The translations under genes were made by a program, and so were the position numbers. A stretch of 64,000 nucleotides of DNA, from the IMG/VR virus record IMGVR_UViG_3300042997_002652, positions 1 to 64,000 of that record; one strand, given 5' to 3'. The notes under the pieces were generated by a model that saw nothing but the letters and a program-made list of their open reading frames with translations, searched no databases and was not told the DNA's origin. This document shows, piece after piece, positions 1-9,057 of the stretch; position 1 is the stretch's first letter; every line of letters starts with the position of its first letter. This stretch comes from a virus. Taxonomy: Duplodnaviria; Caudoviricetes.

Positions 1-1188
1 ACGAAGTGTAAGAGAACCGCCGCTTTGTGCAGAGTAATTAGCACCTACGGCATTACCGCCTCGACCGGCCTCTATACGAATGAATCCACCATCACCACCA
101 AAATCAAGATTGGCTGCGCCACCACGACCGGCTTCAATGATAACATCACCGCCGCTAGAATCACCATCTTCAGCACTATCACCTGCATAGATATTAATGT
201 CACCACCTTCACTGGTAGATCCTATATCACGATCACGGGCTTGTAGTGTAATATCGTCGGCTGAATATAGATTGATATCTGCACCGTTACCAGTAGCACG
301 GTTGTCAAATTCTATTGTATTGGATCCAATAATAATTCCTGGGATGCCAATATTGCCGGTAGCACTGTCAAATGTAAAACCAGAATTAGCACCAAAATTA
401 CCATTGTCATTAAACTGTATTTGTGTATTAGAACCACCAGGTGTACCGTTGCCCCCGCCGGCTACTGCCGCAAATACTCCGTTACCGTACAACACATTAG
501 CATTGCTACCGTTTAGATTTATACTTGCAATGTTTCCCAAAGTACCGATATTGCCGCCAGTTAATTCAATACTATCCATAACAATACTGTTGCCGTTAGC
601 AGTGATTGTAGCATTACCTAGATATAGTGTATTTCCTGTTAGATATAAATCTCTCCACCTATGTGTAGTATTACCTAGGTCAGATGCGTCATCAGTTGCA
701 GGTATTAAATCTGTTAATGCTAGTAAATTAGCAGTAGGCCCGGTGGCGCCTGTTACTCCAGTAGCACCTGCGGCGCCTGTTACTCCGGTCGCACCTGTTA
801 CTCCGGTCGCACCTGCCCCGGGAGATGCCCAAGATAATGCTCCGCTGCCGTTAGTAGATAAAACATAACCTGCTGTTCCGCCGGTGATAGTAACATTACT
901 AACAGGTCCTAAATTTGATAATCCACTTACTGTAAGATTTGCTAGTGTTCCTACTGATGTAATAGCAGGTTGCGCAGCATTACTTACTGTCTGTGCATTG
1001 ATAGCTTGGGCAGCAGCAGCAAAATAAGAGCCGCCTGCTCCACTCAAAATCAAGTTACCTAGTATTTGTAAGTTTGCTTTTTCTGTTGTAGGTGTACCTG
1101 TCATGTTTACTACTGGTACTAATGTAGTATAAGCTATTGAGTTTCCTATATTGTTAAGTGCTGTTATTTTAATACTTGATATGCTCAT
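1..1188 (-). CDS. Tail fibre-like Gly/Asn/Thr-rich virion protein with short collagen-like repeat; 3' end runs off the window (absent from ORF track)
   Basis: Manual translation from ATG at 1188: MSISSIKITALNNIG...YVLSTNGSGALSW...GATGVTGATG...DLGNTTHRWRDLYL...GGSNTQIQFND; open to base 1. Confidence 0.75.
   Translation of the reverse strand, partial: MSISSIKITALNNIGNSIAYTTLVPVVNMTGTPTTEKANLQILGNLILSGAGGSYFAAAAQAINAQTVSNAAQPAITSVGTLANLTVSGLSNLGPVSNVTITGGTAGYVLSTNGSGALSWASPGAGATGVTGATGVTGAAGATGVTGATGPTANLLALTDLIPATDDASDLGNTTHRWRDLYLTGNTLYLGNATITANGNSIVMDSIELTGGNIGTLGNIASINLNGSNANVLYGNGVFAAVAGGGNGTPGGSNTQIQFNDNGNFGANSGFTFDSATGNIGIPGIIIGSNTIEFDNRATGNGADINLYSADDITLQARDRDIGSTSEGGDINIYAGDSAEDGDSSGGDVIIEAGRGGAANLDFGGDGGFIRIEAGRGGNAVGANYSAQSGGSLTLR
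738..816 (-). repeat. Imperfect 9/18-nt tandem repeats encoding a collagen-like (G-X-T)n segment
   Basis: gcacctgttactccggtc-like units; peptide GATGVTGATGVTGAAGATGVTGATGPT. Confidence 0.85.
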
Positions 1189-1203
1189 TTTATTTTCCTG
1201 TTT

Positions 1204-2691
1204 TTATCCTATACGCCAGTTAGTGCTATCACTATATACCGGAACATTGTTAGCCCCGCCTCCGGAAACCATGGCTCCGAAATTTCCTGCTGCTACTAAA
1301 TTACCATCTGTAATAAATGCTCTACTACCTGCTCCTGCAGTAGATGCTGAAGGCAAAGCAGAGTACAATGCTGCGGTAGATTTTACCACCATTCCAACTG
1401 TAACGTTTGCATTTATACTTACAGCATTGGCGGTGTTAGCAATTAATTCAACACCATTATTAAAACGAATATCTGCTTGTTTAAATGGAACATCCAGTCC
1501 AACTAGTCCTAGATTGATCCATTGTAAGTCAAGACCATAATCAAATCCTGAACCACCTGTGCTATTTTTCATGCTTACGCCATAAGCAGCAGTAGCAGTT
1601 GTTAAACCACCGTCACCATCTAAATAAGCAACAACCGCAGCGTCCGCAGTAGTTGTTTGATCGCCCACAACACCAAGCACCCCGGCTTTTATAAAATTAC
1701 TTGCGTTTGTTCCAGTAATTAAGTATTGTCCAGTAACACCGGTTAAATAGTTGCTATTACCAGTTAAGTTAGAACCCGTAATACGACCACGTAAACCCTG
1801 TGCGCTTGCTGGACTATTAGGATCACTGCTTCCAAAAGCAGAACTAACAGTAAGGATTGAACTAGCACCTACAGTAGCACCTGCACCTACTGCATTAGCA
1901 GTTCTCGTGATAGATACACTATTAGCAGCAATGTTGCTAGTTACTATATTACCAGAGAAAGTAACATTGTTTGGTAAGTTAACAGAAATAGTTCCCGCTG
2001 AAGTTACCGGGCTGCTGGCAACTACTAATTGAGAACTTGATATACCTACTGAAGTAACTGCACCTGAACTTGCAGCCGATACAGTAATATTGCCAGTACT
2101 ACCGCTTAATGTTATTCCGGATCCGGCTGATAATCTTGTAACACCCGTATTCGTAACTGTAATGTTACCATTAGAAGTAATAGGGCCGCCGCTTATTTGA
2201 ATTCCTGCTCCTGGTATGAAGCCTACGCTAGTAACAGTACCTGCAATAACATTAGTAGACGCACTTGTTATTCTTCCTGTTGCATCTACTGTTATTGTGG
2301 GATTAGTATATTGAGCAGCAGCTACTCCTGAACTTGCTAAGTTTAAAGTAACATTTCCAAAGTATCCGGTGCCTGTTAAACCAGTACCGGCGATTACTCC
2401 AGTGATCGTACCATTACCACCCCCATTGCCACCTAACGAGTCAATTATGATTGCTCCGTTAGAGTTAGTAAGTATAATGTTATTACCTGCTACTAAGTTA
2501 GCAGATACAGTAATAGCGTTAGCTACGTTGCTTATTGCTATACCGTTACCTGCTAAAGGCGTAGGGCTAGCGTTAGCAAATAAATTAGTAAAATTGTCTT
2601 TAGTTTTATTGAAGGCAGCGTATAGTGAATCACTGCCTGTAGATTCATTAGGGAGCCCTATATTGATTTGTTGTAAACCTTGTATAGCCAT
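1204..2691 (-). CDS. Tail fibre/baseplate-associated structural protein (495 aa)
   Basis: N-terminal INIG-PN-TGSDSLY-AFNK motif typical of T4-like baseplate/fibre proteins; Gly/Ser/Thr beta-repeat body. Confidence 0.65.
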   Translation of the reverse strand: MAIQGLQQINIGLPNESTGSDSLYAAFNKTKDNFTNLFANASPTPLAGNGIAISNVANAITVSANLVAGNNIILTNSNGAIIIDSLGGNGGGNGTITGVIAGTGLTGTGYFGNVTLNLASSGVAAAQYTNPTITVDATGRITSASTNVIAGTVTSVGFIPGAGIQISGGPITSNGNITVTNTGVTRLSAGSGITLSGSTGNITVSAASSGAVTSVGISSSQLVVASSPVTSAGTISVNLPNNVTFSGNIVTSNIAANSVSITRTANAVGAGATVGASSILTVSSAFGSSDPNSPASAQGLRGRITGSNLTGNSNYLTGVTGQYLITGTNASNFIKAGVLGVVGDQTTTADAAVVAYLDGDGGLTTATAAYGVSMKNSTGGSGFDYGLDLQWINLGLVGLDVPFKQADIRFNNGVELIANTANAVSINANVTVGMVVKSTAALYSALPSASTAGAGSRAFITDGNLVAAGNFGAMVSGGGANNVPVYSDSTNWRIG

Positions 2692-2745
2692 TTATATTAG
2701 TCCTGTATGATGTATTTATCATACCTAAATAAAATAGGACACTTG

Positions 2746-3591
2746 TTACATCACAAAGATTTTACCAACAGAACTAGATAGTACATCATCAAACATGTAC
2801 TCCATGTCTCTACCTAATATTTCTGCTGCTTCTCTAGCGTCTTCGTTGTTTTTATATTCAGGTTTCATGTTTAAGTATTGTGAAGGATTGCCCCATACTT
2901 TTCTGCCATAACCTAGATTACCAGGTAATGGTTTAAAAGTTACTTTACCGGTGCCTAAGTATTGAGCAAATATTTCATATAAGAATTCATACGGTCTTTT
3001 TATTTCATTGTTTCTACTACTACGCTGAGTACCGATAGCATTGAACAGAGCATTGTATTCTGGAGTTAAGTCTGATTTCATAGAACCAGATCCACCGTAT
3101 GCTCTGCCTTTATTATAGTATTCATACAGCATAGAGTTAACTTGATTAAAGAAATGTTTTTCTGCTTCTTTCCAAGTACTCCATCCTGTATTTTTACGAA
3201 CACCCGCTTGAATAGCATGACCAAATCTGTGAGCCATGATCCATGGGGTCATTGGCACTTTAGCATCACCTGCATTTCCTACGAAAACTACAGTGATAGC
3301 ATCTTCACTACCTGCGATTATTTTTTGTGCTTGCTCATCGCCAAAGATTTCTTGTAGTTTAGCAGCATCAGCCGGGCCATACTCAGAGTACTTACCAGTA
3401 CCCGATATGTTGCTAAAGAACAGTCTAAAGTCGTAGGGAGTCTTTTCTAAGAATCTTTGTGTCTTTAAGATATTTGTAGGATGAGGCACTAGTTTCTTAT
3501 CAGGTCCTTTGAATGGCCCCGGTTTATTAAAGTCGCCCATGGTGTCATAGCTTTGTAATGGTGCTTCCGTAATAAAATCTGTTGCTCTCAC
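2746..3591 (-). CDS. Hypothetical virion-associated protein with zincin-like HRFGH motif
   Basis: 281-aa ORF; leader MRATDFITE; AHRFGHAI followed by YEFLYEIFAQY. Confidence 0.6.
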   Translation of the reverse strand: MRATDFITEAPLQSYDTMGDFNKPGPFKGPDKKLVPHPTNILKTQRFLEKTPYDFRLFFSNISGTGKYSEYGPADAAKLQEIFGDEQAQKIIAGSEDAITVVFVGNAGDAKVPMTPWIMAHRFGHAIQAGVRKNTGWSTWKEAEKHFFNQVNSMLYEYYNKGRAYGGSGSMKSDLTPEYNALFNAIGTQRSSRNNEIKRPYEFLYEIFAQYLGTGKVTFKPLPGNLGYGRKVWGNPSQYLNMKPEYKNNEDAREAAEILGRDMEYMFDDVLSSSVGKIFVM

Positions 3592-3989
3592 TTTGGATAT
3601 CCTTTAAATCCTTTTACTGGAGATCCTTTATTTGTGTCTAACATTTCGTCACTACCTTGTGAACTTACTGTTTTTATTCCCTTCTTATTAACTTTTTTCA
3701 ATGCTTGTTGAATTACTTGTTTAACATCGGGATCAAAGCTACTTATTATTAAATTAGGTCCCCACTTACTTTGAGCGCGAAACTCTGGAGTTTTATGCGC
3801 ATGTACATTATCATTCCCGCTTTCACCTCGCACTGCTGCTACCGCAAGACCAAAACGATAAATGTCATAAAAATTACTATTGTTTATTTCTGGCATCATA
3901 TAAGTATTTGGTAACGATAACGCTGCTACATCTAGCGCATCATGTACATCTGATAACTGTTGTTCTGTTAAAAACTCTTTAGCTCTCAT
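3588..3989 (-). CDS. Hypothetical protein with MRAKEFLTE leader
   Basis: 133-aa ORF, overlapping start/stop with neighbours. Confidence 0.7.
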   Translation of the reverse strand: MRAKEFLTEQQLSDVHDALDVAALSLPNTYMMPEINNSNFYDIYRFGLAVAAVRGESGNDNVHAHKTPEFRAQSKWGPNLIISSFDPDVKQVIQQALKKVNKKGIKTVSSQGSDEMLDTNKGSPVKGFKGYPK

Positions 3990-4162
3990 CTTTTCTTTAC
4001 TCTTCCTCTAAACCCTTGAGGGAAACTGTCAGTATTTACCGGTCTATTAAACCATTCTGGTGATCCAATCTTATAACTTAGTTGTTCTGTAGTTGATTGT
4101 TCTTTAGTTTCTTTTATACCAGCTATTCTTTTCCACTGTGCTAGTTCTTGATCATGTGTCAT
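3986..4162 (-). CDS. Small hypothetical protein (58 aa), not in ORF track
   Basis: MTHDQELAQWKRIAGIKE...PQGFRGRVKKR; fills the gap exactly, with 4-nt ATGA overlaps on both sides. Confidence 0.65.
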   Translation of the reverse strand: MTHDQELAQWKRIAGIKETKEQSTTEQLSYKIGSPEWFNRPVNTDSFPQGFRGRVKKR

Positions 4163-4713
4163 AAACTCTTACCCCACCTGGTAGATATCACATTCCAGTT
4201 GATAATCTTCCACTGTTCGTTTAAGTACTTTTCTTTGTCAGTTCCATAGTCCAACAAAAATGCATGTTCCCACCAGTCAATGAGTAACAATATATCATCT
4301 CTGACTTCATGATTCTTGATTGTTTTAATCTTGCCGTCGTAGGCCAAGTAAGCCCAACCTGATCCCTGTATAGTCATAGCTTCTTTCAAAAACTCATCTT
4401 TAAAGTTTTCATAACTTTTAAAGTGTTTGTTTATAAAACTTAACACAGGACCATTAGGTTTATTGTTGTTTCTTACTTCACGATACTGAGTGAATAACGT
4501 GTTATGTAAAAATGCTCCTGCGAAATTAAACTCAGGATCTCCTTCACCAGCATTATATCGCGTAGCATAAGCGTGGGCAAGTTTGCCATAGTGTAGTTCT
4601 ATGGTATCTTTACTCATAACGGGACTAACTTCACTATCAGTAAAGTTGCGTTTGATTATCTCAATGTCTTGAGGTTTTGACTTTTGTTCTAATAAATTTA
4701 TAATATCGCGCAT
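4159..4713 (-). CDS. sod: Fe/Mn superoxide dismutase
   Basis: Metal ligands in ELHYGK, FLHNTLF, DWWEHA; GSGWAYL motif. Confidence 0.9.
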   Translation of the reverse strand: MRDIINLLEQKSKPQDIEIIKRNFTDSEVSPVMSKDTIELHYGKLAHAYATRYNAGEGDPEFNFAGAFLHNTLFTQYREVRNNNKPNGPVLSFINKHFKSYENFKDEFLKEAMTIQGSGWAYLAYDGKIKTIKNHEVRDDILLLIDWWEHAFLLDYGTDKEKYLNEQWKIINWNVISTRWGKSL

Positions 4714-4745
4714 AATCTAGTATTTATGATTGTGCGAGAATTAAG

Positions 4746-4964
4746 TTACTTTCGTCTAGTGATTCTTCCACGATTCAAATCATAGGGTGAGCATTCTATT
4801 TCAACTTTGTCACCCATCAAAATTCTTATTTGATTCTGACGCATCTTGCCAGATATGTGTGCGAGAATAGTATGTCCTATTTCAGTCTTGACTTTAAACA
4901 TAGCATTTGGCATAACATCTACTATGTCTCCTTCTAGCTTTACTGTATTGTCTTCTTTGGCCAT
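4746..4964 (-). CDS. infA: Translation initiation factor IF-1
   Basis: 72 aa; PNAMFKV...[35 protein letters not shown] is the IF-1 signature. Confidence 0.95.
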   Translation of the reverse strand: MAKEDNTVKLEGDIVDVMPNAMFKVKTEIGHTILAHISGKMRQNQIRILMGDKVEIECSPYDLNRGRITRRK

Positions 4965-4984
4965 ATAAGTGGTTTTTATTGCTC

Positions 4985-5395
4985 CTATTTTTTAATTGTG
5001 TTCCAAATCTTTTCTTTCTCTAAGATATCTTTTTCAAGTTCTCTATACTGTTCGCCTAGTGCTTTTAACTGTTCCCAACGTTCTTCTAAGTCTTTATTAG
5101 GGTGTAAAATAGCTAATCGTTTTTCAATATTATCTATTGCGTCTGCTAAACTTTTACCTTTTATTTTTAGATCACCCTCAATTTCAGCATCACCTTTAAC
5201 ATGTAATGGATTATTACTTGTAATAGTAGTATCCCAACTTGTGTTAATACCATTCCACATTAGTGTTTGCCCTGCCGCACTTAGTGTTTGCCCTGCCGTA
5301 CCGGTGTTGATAGTATAAGGAGACAGCGTGGTACCTGTAGTGTAAATTCCCTGAGCACTGATAGATTCAAGTGATGTAATAGTTTGTTGACTCAT
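4985..5395 (-). CDS. Hypothetical protein, C-terminal coiled coil
   Basis: 136-aa ORF with GGAG RBS. Confidence 0.7.
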   Translation of the reverse strand: MSQQTITSLESISAQGIYTTGTTLSPYTINTGTAGQTLSAAGQTLMWNGINTSWDTTITSNNPLHVKGDAEIEGDLKIKGKSLADAIDNIEKRLAILHPNKDLEERWEQLKALGEQYRELEKDILEKEKIWNTIKK

Positions 5396-5583
5396 TTATA
5401 TACCTTTTTAATAAAAATGCGGCCATCTTCTCCTACGCCTATGTCTAGTTCATCACCCTCTTTCCATCCCATTTGTTTTAGTAAATGAGGCGGAATAGGA
5501 AGAATTAAATCTCCTGAGCCGTCGTCGGCTTCGTGAGTAATAGTTTCATAACGTAAATTGTCTTTACCGGGTTGATTGGCCAT
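5392..5583 (-). CDS. AbrB/MazE/SpoVT-like DNA-binding protein
   Basis: LILPIPPHLLKQMGWKEGDELDI swapped-hairpin pattern; TTGACT-17-TATAAT upstream (5590-5618). Confidence 0.7.
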   Translation of the reverse strand: MANQPGKDNLRYETITHEADDGSGDLILPIPPHLLKQMGWKEGDELDIGVGEDGRIFIKKVYK

Positions 5584-5633
5584 GTTGTTATTATATTTAC
5601 TTTAGAATGATAAGTCAATAATAAAAGGTAACA

Positions 5634-6113
5634 TCACCAAGCCCTGCAACTCCAATAACGTGCTTTCCAGCGAGGCCCGGGATTATCACAGTTATGTCTA
5701 GCTCTGAATGATTTTCTACGAGCAGGATTAGACTTTTTTATACGCATGTTTTTATCGCCAAAGTTTACTTTAACTACTTTGCCGTTTGGCTTACGGACAT
5801 AGACCTTCGATTTGGCTACATCTCCAGCCATTGGCTTGCCAAGAGGAACTTTTCTGCCTTGATATTCTGCTTCATCTAAATCTTCAGACTCTAACAACAC
5901 ACCATTAAAGTCTAAAAACTCAAGCATAGATTCATCAGCTTCAACGATAATACCATCTTCAGTAAACCCGACTACGCCAGTTTCAATCACAAAGCTTTCT
6001 GAAAGCTCAATATCAAAACTGTCGTATAAGCTTATTTTAGTATCATCCTCGACACTTAGCTCGTTTATCTTTTTAAAGATATCTCTTATTACATCATTGC
6101 CATCATTGCTCAT
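5634..6113 (-). CDS. Hypothetical protein: acidic N-terminal part plus basic Cys/Trp C-terminal domain
   Basis: LDE|AEYQGRKV...RKSFRARHNCDNPGPRWKARYWSCRAW. Confidence 0.7.
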   Translation of the reverse strand: MSNDGNDVIRDIFKKINELSVEDDTKISLYDSFDIELSESFVIETGVVGFTEDGIIVEADESMLEFLDFNGVLLESEDLDEAEYQGRKVPLGKPMAGDVAKSKVYVRKPNGKVVKVNFGDKNMRIKKSNPARRKSFRARHNCDNPGPRWKARYWSCRAW

Positions 6114-6684
6114 TGTTGTTATCCTTGTTGAAAAAGATTTTTTCTAATCTTTTTATAGTTCTTTCCGCAGCATCAGGTGTTTCATATTCATCTTCATGCT
6201 TAATACCAATACCGCCAGCTTGTTGCCATGCATTAATCTTTTTACCATAATCATCAATCAAGATGTTTGGTCTGCCGCCGTCTAGTGCGTGTTCGTGCTT
6301 GTCATGTTTAAAGATAGCACCTTTAACAGCGTTTGGCGTATACTTTTGTAACCATGCTTGCTTACCCATTATACTAGATTTTGCGTATGGGCCTCTTAGA
6401 GGCGCACTTAAAATAGTATAAGAAATGTTATTACTATTTAGCCAATCTGTGATTTTTTTACCACCTGGTAATTGTTTAAGCTCAGCAAAGAATTCGTAAA
6501 CTGCTTTAGGAGAACTATGTGCTAAACGCTCAATTTCATCTTCAGTTTTTTGTTTAGCTTCTTTATGTGACACTCCAATAGCATCTTGTATTCCACCAGC
6601 AAAATCCACCTGTACACCATCCATGTCAAGAAATACATGCGGCATCTTTTGTGTAGTATTTTCAAACAATTCTTTAATTTTCAT
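6103..6684 (-). CDS. HAD-family 5'(3')-deoxyribonucleotidase
   Basis: FLDMDGV motif I, ILSAP, ILIDD motif; leader MKIKELFE. Confidence 0.85.
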   Translation of the reverse strand: MKIKELFENTTQKMPHVFLDMDGVQVDFAGGIQDAIGVSHKEAKQKTEDEIERLAHSSPKAVYEFFAELKQLPGGKKITDWLNSNNISYTILSAPLRGPYAKSSIMGKQAWLQKYTPNAVKGAIFKHDKHEHALDGGRPNILIDDYGKKINAWQQAGGIGIKHEDEYETPDAAERTIKRLEKIFFNKDNNNEQ

Positions 6685-6692
6685 ATTATTAT

Positions 6693-6929
6693 TTATTCGT
6701 GAACAAGGATAAAGGCAAGATAGTCTTTTTCAGATTCAAAAGAAAAGACATAATCTAAGTTGTATTTGTTAGTTTTATCAAGAATGGCTTTTGTCCAATT
6801 ATAGCTACTAAGACTTGTATCATCATGATAGGACCATTTTTCTTTGCAATTGCGGTAACACCAGTCTAAGACTGATTGAAGTTTTCCAAAAGGAATAGAT
6901 AGTTTAGATTTATAAGTCAGGTTCAGCGT
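6693..6929 (-). CDS. Probable ~78-aa hypothetical protein lacking a canonical start (ACG/ATA/CTG candidates)
   Basis: Open frame ...YKSKLSIPFGKLQSVLDWCYRNCKEKWSY...FSFESEKDYLAFILVHE fills the otherwise empty 6685-6909 gap. Confidence 0.5.
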   Translation of the reverse strand, partial: TLNLTYKSKLSIPFGKLQSVLDWCYRNCKEKWSYHDDTSLSSYNWTKAILDKTNKYNLDYVFSFESEKDYLAFILVHE

Positions 6930-7434
6930 ACTTATGGACCTTAACTCCAGTTTTCTTTAAGAATTCAATACCGTCATTTGAACGATAATCGTGCTTGTAG
7001 TATACATCACTGATACCGGTATTGTAAATGCTTTTAGCACACTCTAAGCAAGGCGAGTGGGTAACGAACAGTGTAGCACCCAGTGTGCTTTCGTTGCTTG
7101 CTGCAACCTTGTCAAGGGCGTTTCTTTCGGCATGCATTGTCTCTGGTTTGGATTTAAGCTTATATCTCATTTCTCTGCCCGCATCAGGTCTGTATTCCTT
7201 GAATGGCCATTCTTCTTCAATATCTTCTGCGTCCAACCACATACCAGCATCAGATTCTAACCATTGTTTTTCCTCACATACATTTTCCCAACCAGAAGGC
7301 ATACCGTTAAAACCCGATGCTAGTATCTGATTACCCTTAACGATAACTGCACCAACATTCAAACGAACAGCATAGCTAAGCTTAGCAGTAAGTTCAGCTA
7401 TTTCCATATAATACTTTACAAACTTTGGTTTCAT
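6910..7434 (-). CDS. dCMP deaminase (Zn-dependent deaminase)
   Basis: HAERNAL and SPCLECAK zinc motifs; GFNGMPSG; probable start MKPKF at 7434. Confidence 0.9.
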   Translation of the reverse strand: MKPKFVKYYMEIAELTAKLSYAVRLNVGAVIVKGNQILASGFNGMPSGWENVCEEKQWLESDAGMWLDAEDIEEEWPFKEYRPDAGREMRYKLKSKPETMHAERNALDKVAASNESTLGATLFVTHSPCLECAKSIYNTGISDVYYKHDYRSNDGIEFLKKTGVKVHKYAEPDL

Positions 7435-7442
7435 AGTATTAT

Positions 7443-7826
7443 TTAAGACTTTAACTCTTCCCACATTTTTTTCTTGTCAAGGTTAACTTTTCTTGTTCTT
7501 TGTATAAAGTAACAAATTACTGCTAATGGTATTACTACTGGCCAACCAACTGCTACTATAAACGGTATGAGAAAAATACTCATTGCTGTCATCAGACAAT
7601 TAACAGGATGTTTGAAGTAAAAGGGATTTATATAAAATCTTATATCTGATAGGTTTGTTATAGTTAAGGTAGGAATGCTAGTAAATTTAGGAATGTCATC
7701 ACCCTTAGCATACCTATATACAAAGTAAATTAATGACAACACAACATAAATCACAGCAAGTGATCCGCTTGTTATTATTGCTAAATCACCAAAAGACTTA
7801 TAAATTTCTAACAAGGGCATATTCAT
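7443..7826 (-). CDS. Hypothetical membrane protein
   Basis: Two hydrophobic segments. Confidence 0.65.
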   Translation of the reverse strand: MNMPLLEIYKSFGDLAIITSGSLAVIYVVLSLIYFVYRYAKGDDIPKFTSIPTLTITNLSDIRFYINPFYFKHPVNCLMTAMSIFLIPFIVAVGWPVVIPLAVICYFIQRTRKVNLDKKKMWEELKS

Positions 7827-8170
7827 TACTCCTTAGGATTAATTTCAAATTCAATTTCATCTAAAACATCACCAGTAACAAACCAAATTTCTTTGTTATT
7901 GTGAGTTACTTTTGCTAGTTCTATTTTTCTTACTTCTAGCAATTTTTCAGCAAGCTCTTCTATTGTTGCGGCTTGACATTGAAAATTGTTTGTTTTCTTG
8001 TCATACAAGTAAACAGTATTACCGTCAATTTCAGTAAACATAGTTGGTATGCTATCGCGTACTTTTTTCTCAATTAGTTTATCTAGTTTCTTTAACTGGT
8101 AGTTAGCAAAAATATTAAGTAAGCATAACACTACTGAAAAGATTATTATAAATGGTATTAACAGTTCCAT
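7826..8170 (-). CDS. Hypothetical protein with N-terminal membrane anchor
   Basis: 114-aa ORF. Confidence 0.7.
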   Translation of the reverse strand: MELLIPFIIIFSVVLCLLNIFANYQLKKLDKLIEKKVRDSIPTMFTEIDGNTVYLYDKKTNNFQCQAATIEELAEKLLEVRKIELAKVTHNNKEIWFVTGDVLDEIEFEINPKE

Positions 8171-8172
8171 AA

Positions 8173-8616
8173 TTAGTCTACTAGATACTCAGTGTGAATA
8201 ATCCAATTGTCGTTTACTAAAAAGCCCCAATCTCTTTTTCTTCTTTTAGGGATAAAAAGAGTTACAGCTGGTTGATTGTTATCTAATTCAAGCCAATGAA
8301 ATTCATGTGCGCCGCGACTAATAATACTACCAAAACCACGCCAAACTACTTGATCTGCTATTACTTTACCTTGACAGAATTGGGGAGTGTGTTCCCAATA
8401 ACCGCCTCTTAAAACGATTGTAGTGTAGTCCCATGGGTGGTCATGATAAACCGGGTCGTCACTTCTTACAATCTTATGCAAAAGTAAATTAAATGGAAAC
8501 GATACCCGATCTTTGAACAAAAGATAATATCGGTGCATGTATTGTTCATGCGATTGACGATCAAGAATAAGACGGTATCTACCTAGTTTGGTCATCAATT
8601 TATGAAAGATGTTCAT
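8173..8616 (-). CDS. Cupin-like protein
   Basis: HDHPWDYTTIVLRGGYWEH and FHWLEL motifs; probable start MNIFHK at 8616. Confidence 0.7.
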   Translation of the reverse strand: MNIFHKLMTKLGRYRLILDRQSHEQYMHRYYLLFKDRVSFPFNLLLHKIVRSDDPVYHDHPWDYTTIVLRGGYWEHTPQFCQGKVIADQVVWRGFGSIISRGAHEFHWLELDNNQPAVTLFIPKRRKRDWGFLVNDNWIIHTEYLVD

Positions 8617-8625
8617 AGTAGCCTT

Positions 8626-8659
8626 AAAAAAGAAAGCGGGTTTTAGAAAGGACCCGCTC
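8626..8659 (-). terminator. Intrinsic terminator downstream of the 8681-8950 gene
   Basis: GCGGGT/ACCCGC stem followed by a U-rich tail on the minus strand. Confidence 0.6.
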
Positions 8660-8680
8660 AAGAACCTTTAGTATCTGCTA

Positions 8681-8950
8681 TTAAACAGTTTCGTTCATTT
8701 CAGCCAATGCGCGGTAACCAGCAGCTACCACTGCGCGACTAGGATTGCCAATGCGATACTTAGTGCTTACACGACCTTTTGTGTCAGTCTTACGGTTAGC
8801 ATATACTGCGTAGCCGTGACGAAGGCGAAGATCGCTTACAGTAGCGGTTGGGTTTGCGATGTTAAATCGTGCTGCAATTTGCTTAGCAGTAAGTTCTTCA
8901 CCGTTTTTAAGCGCCTCTACTAGACGCTGAGTTTTAGTTTCTGTCATCAT
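8681..8950 (-). CDS. Winged helix-turn-helix protein
   Basis: LVEALKNGEELTAKQIAARFNIANPTATVSDLR. Confidence 0.65.
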   Translation of the reverse strand: MMTETKTQRLVEALKNGEELTAKQIAARFNIANPTATVSDLRLRHGYAVYANRKTDTKGRVSTKYRIGNPSRAVVAAGYRALAEMNETV

Positions 8951-9057
8951 TTTTGATTTCCTATTTTATTCGCTGCATTTCGTATAAACCTACAGCGTAT
9001 ACATATAATACAATAGTAAGTATATGAAAGCAATAGAAAAGGTTAATTTTGTTTATT

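Noticed and set aside
25-2710. Plus-strand ORFs 25-246, 197-868, 1151-1540, 1751-2032, 2369-2710
   Set aside because: Antisense shadows of Gly/Thr-rich minus-strand fibre genes; no RBS or recognisable motifs.
6830-6850. Suspected frameshift in the 6693-6929 ORF
   Set aside because: Recounting the T run across the line break gives five, which keeps the frame open.
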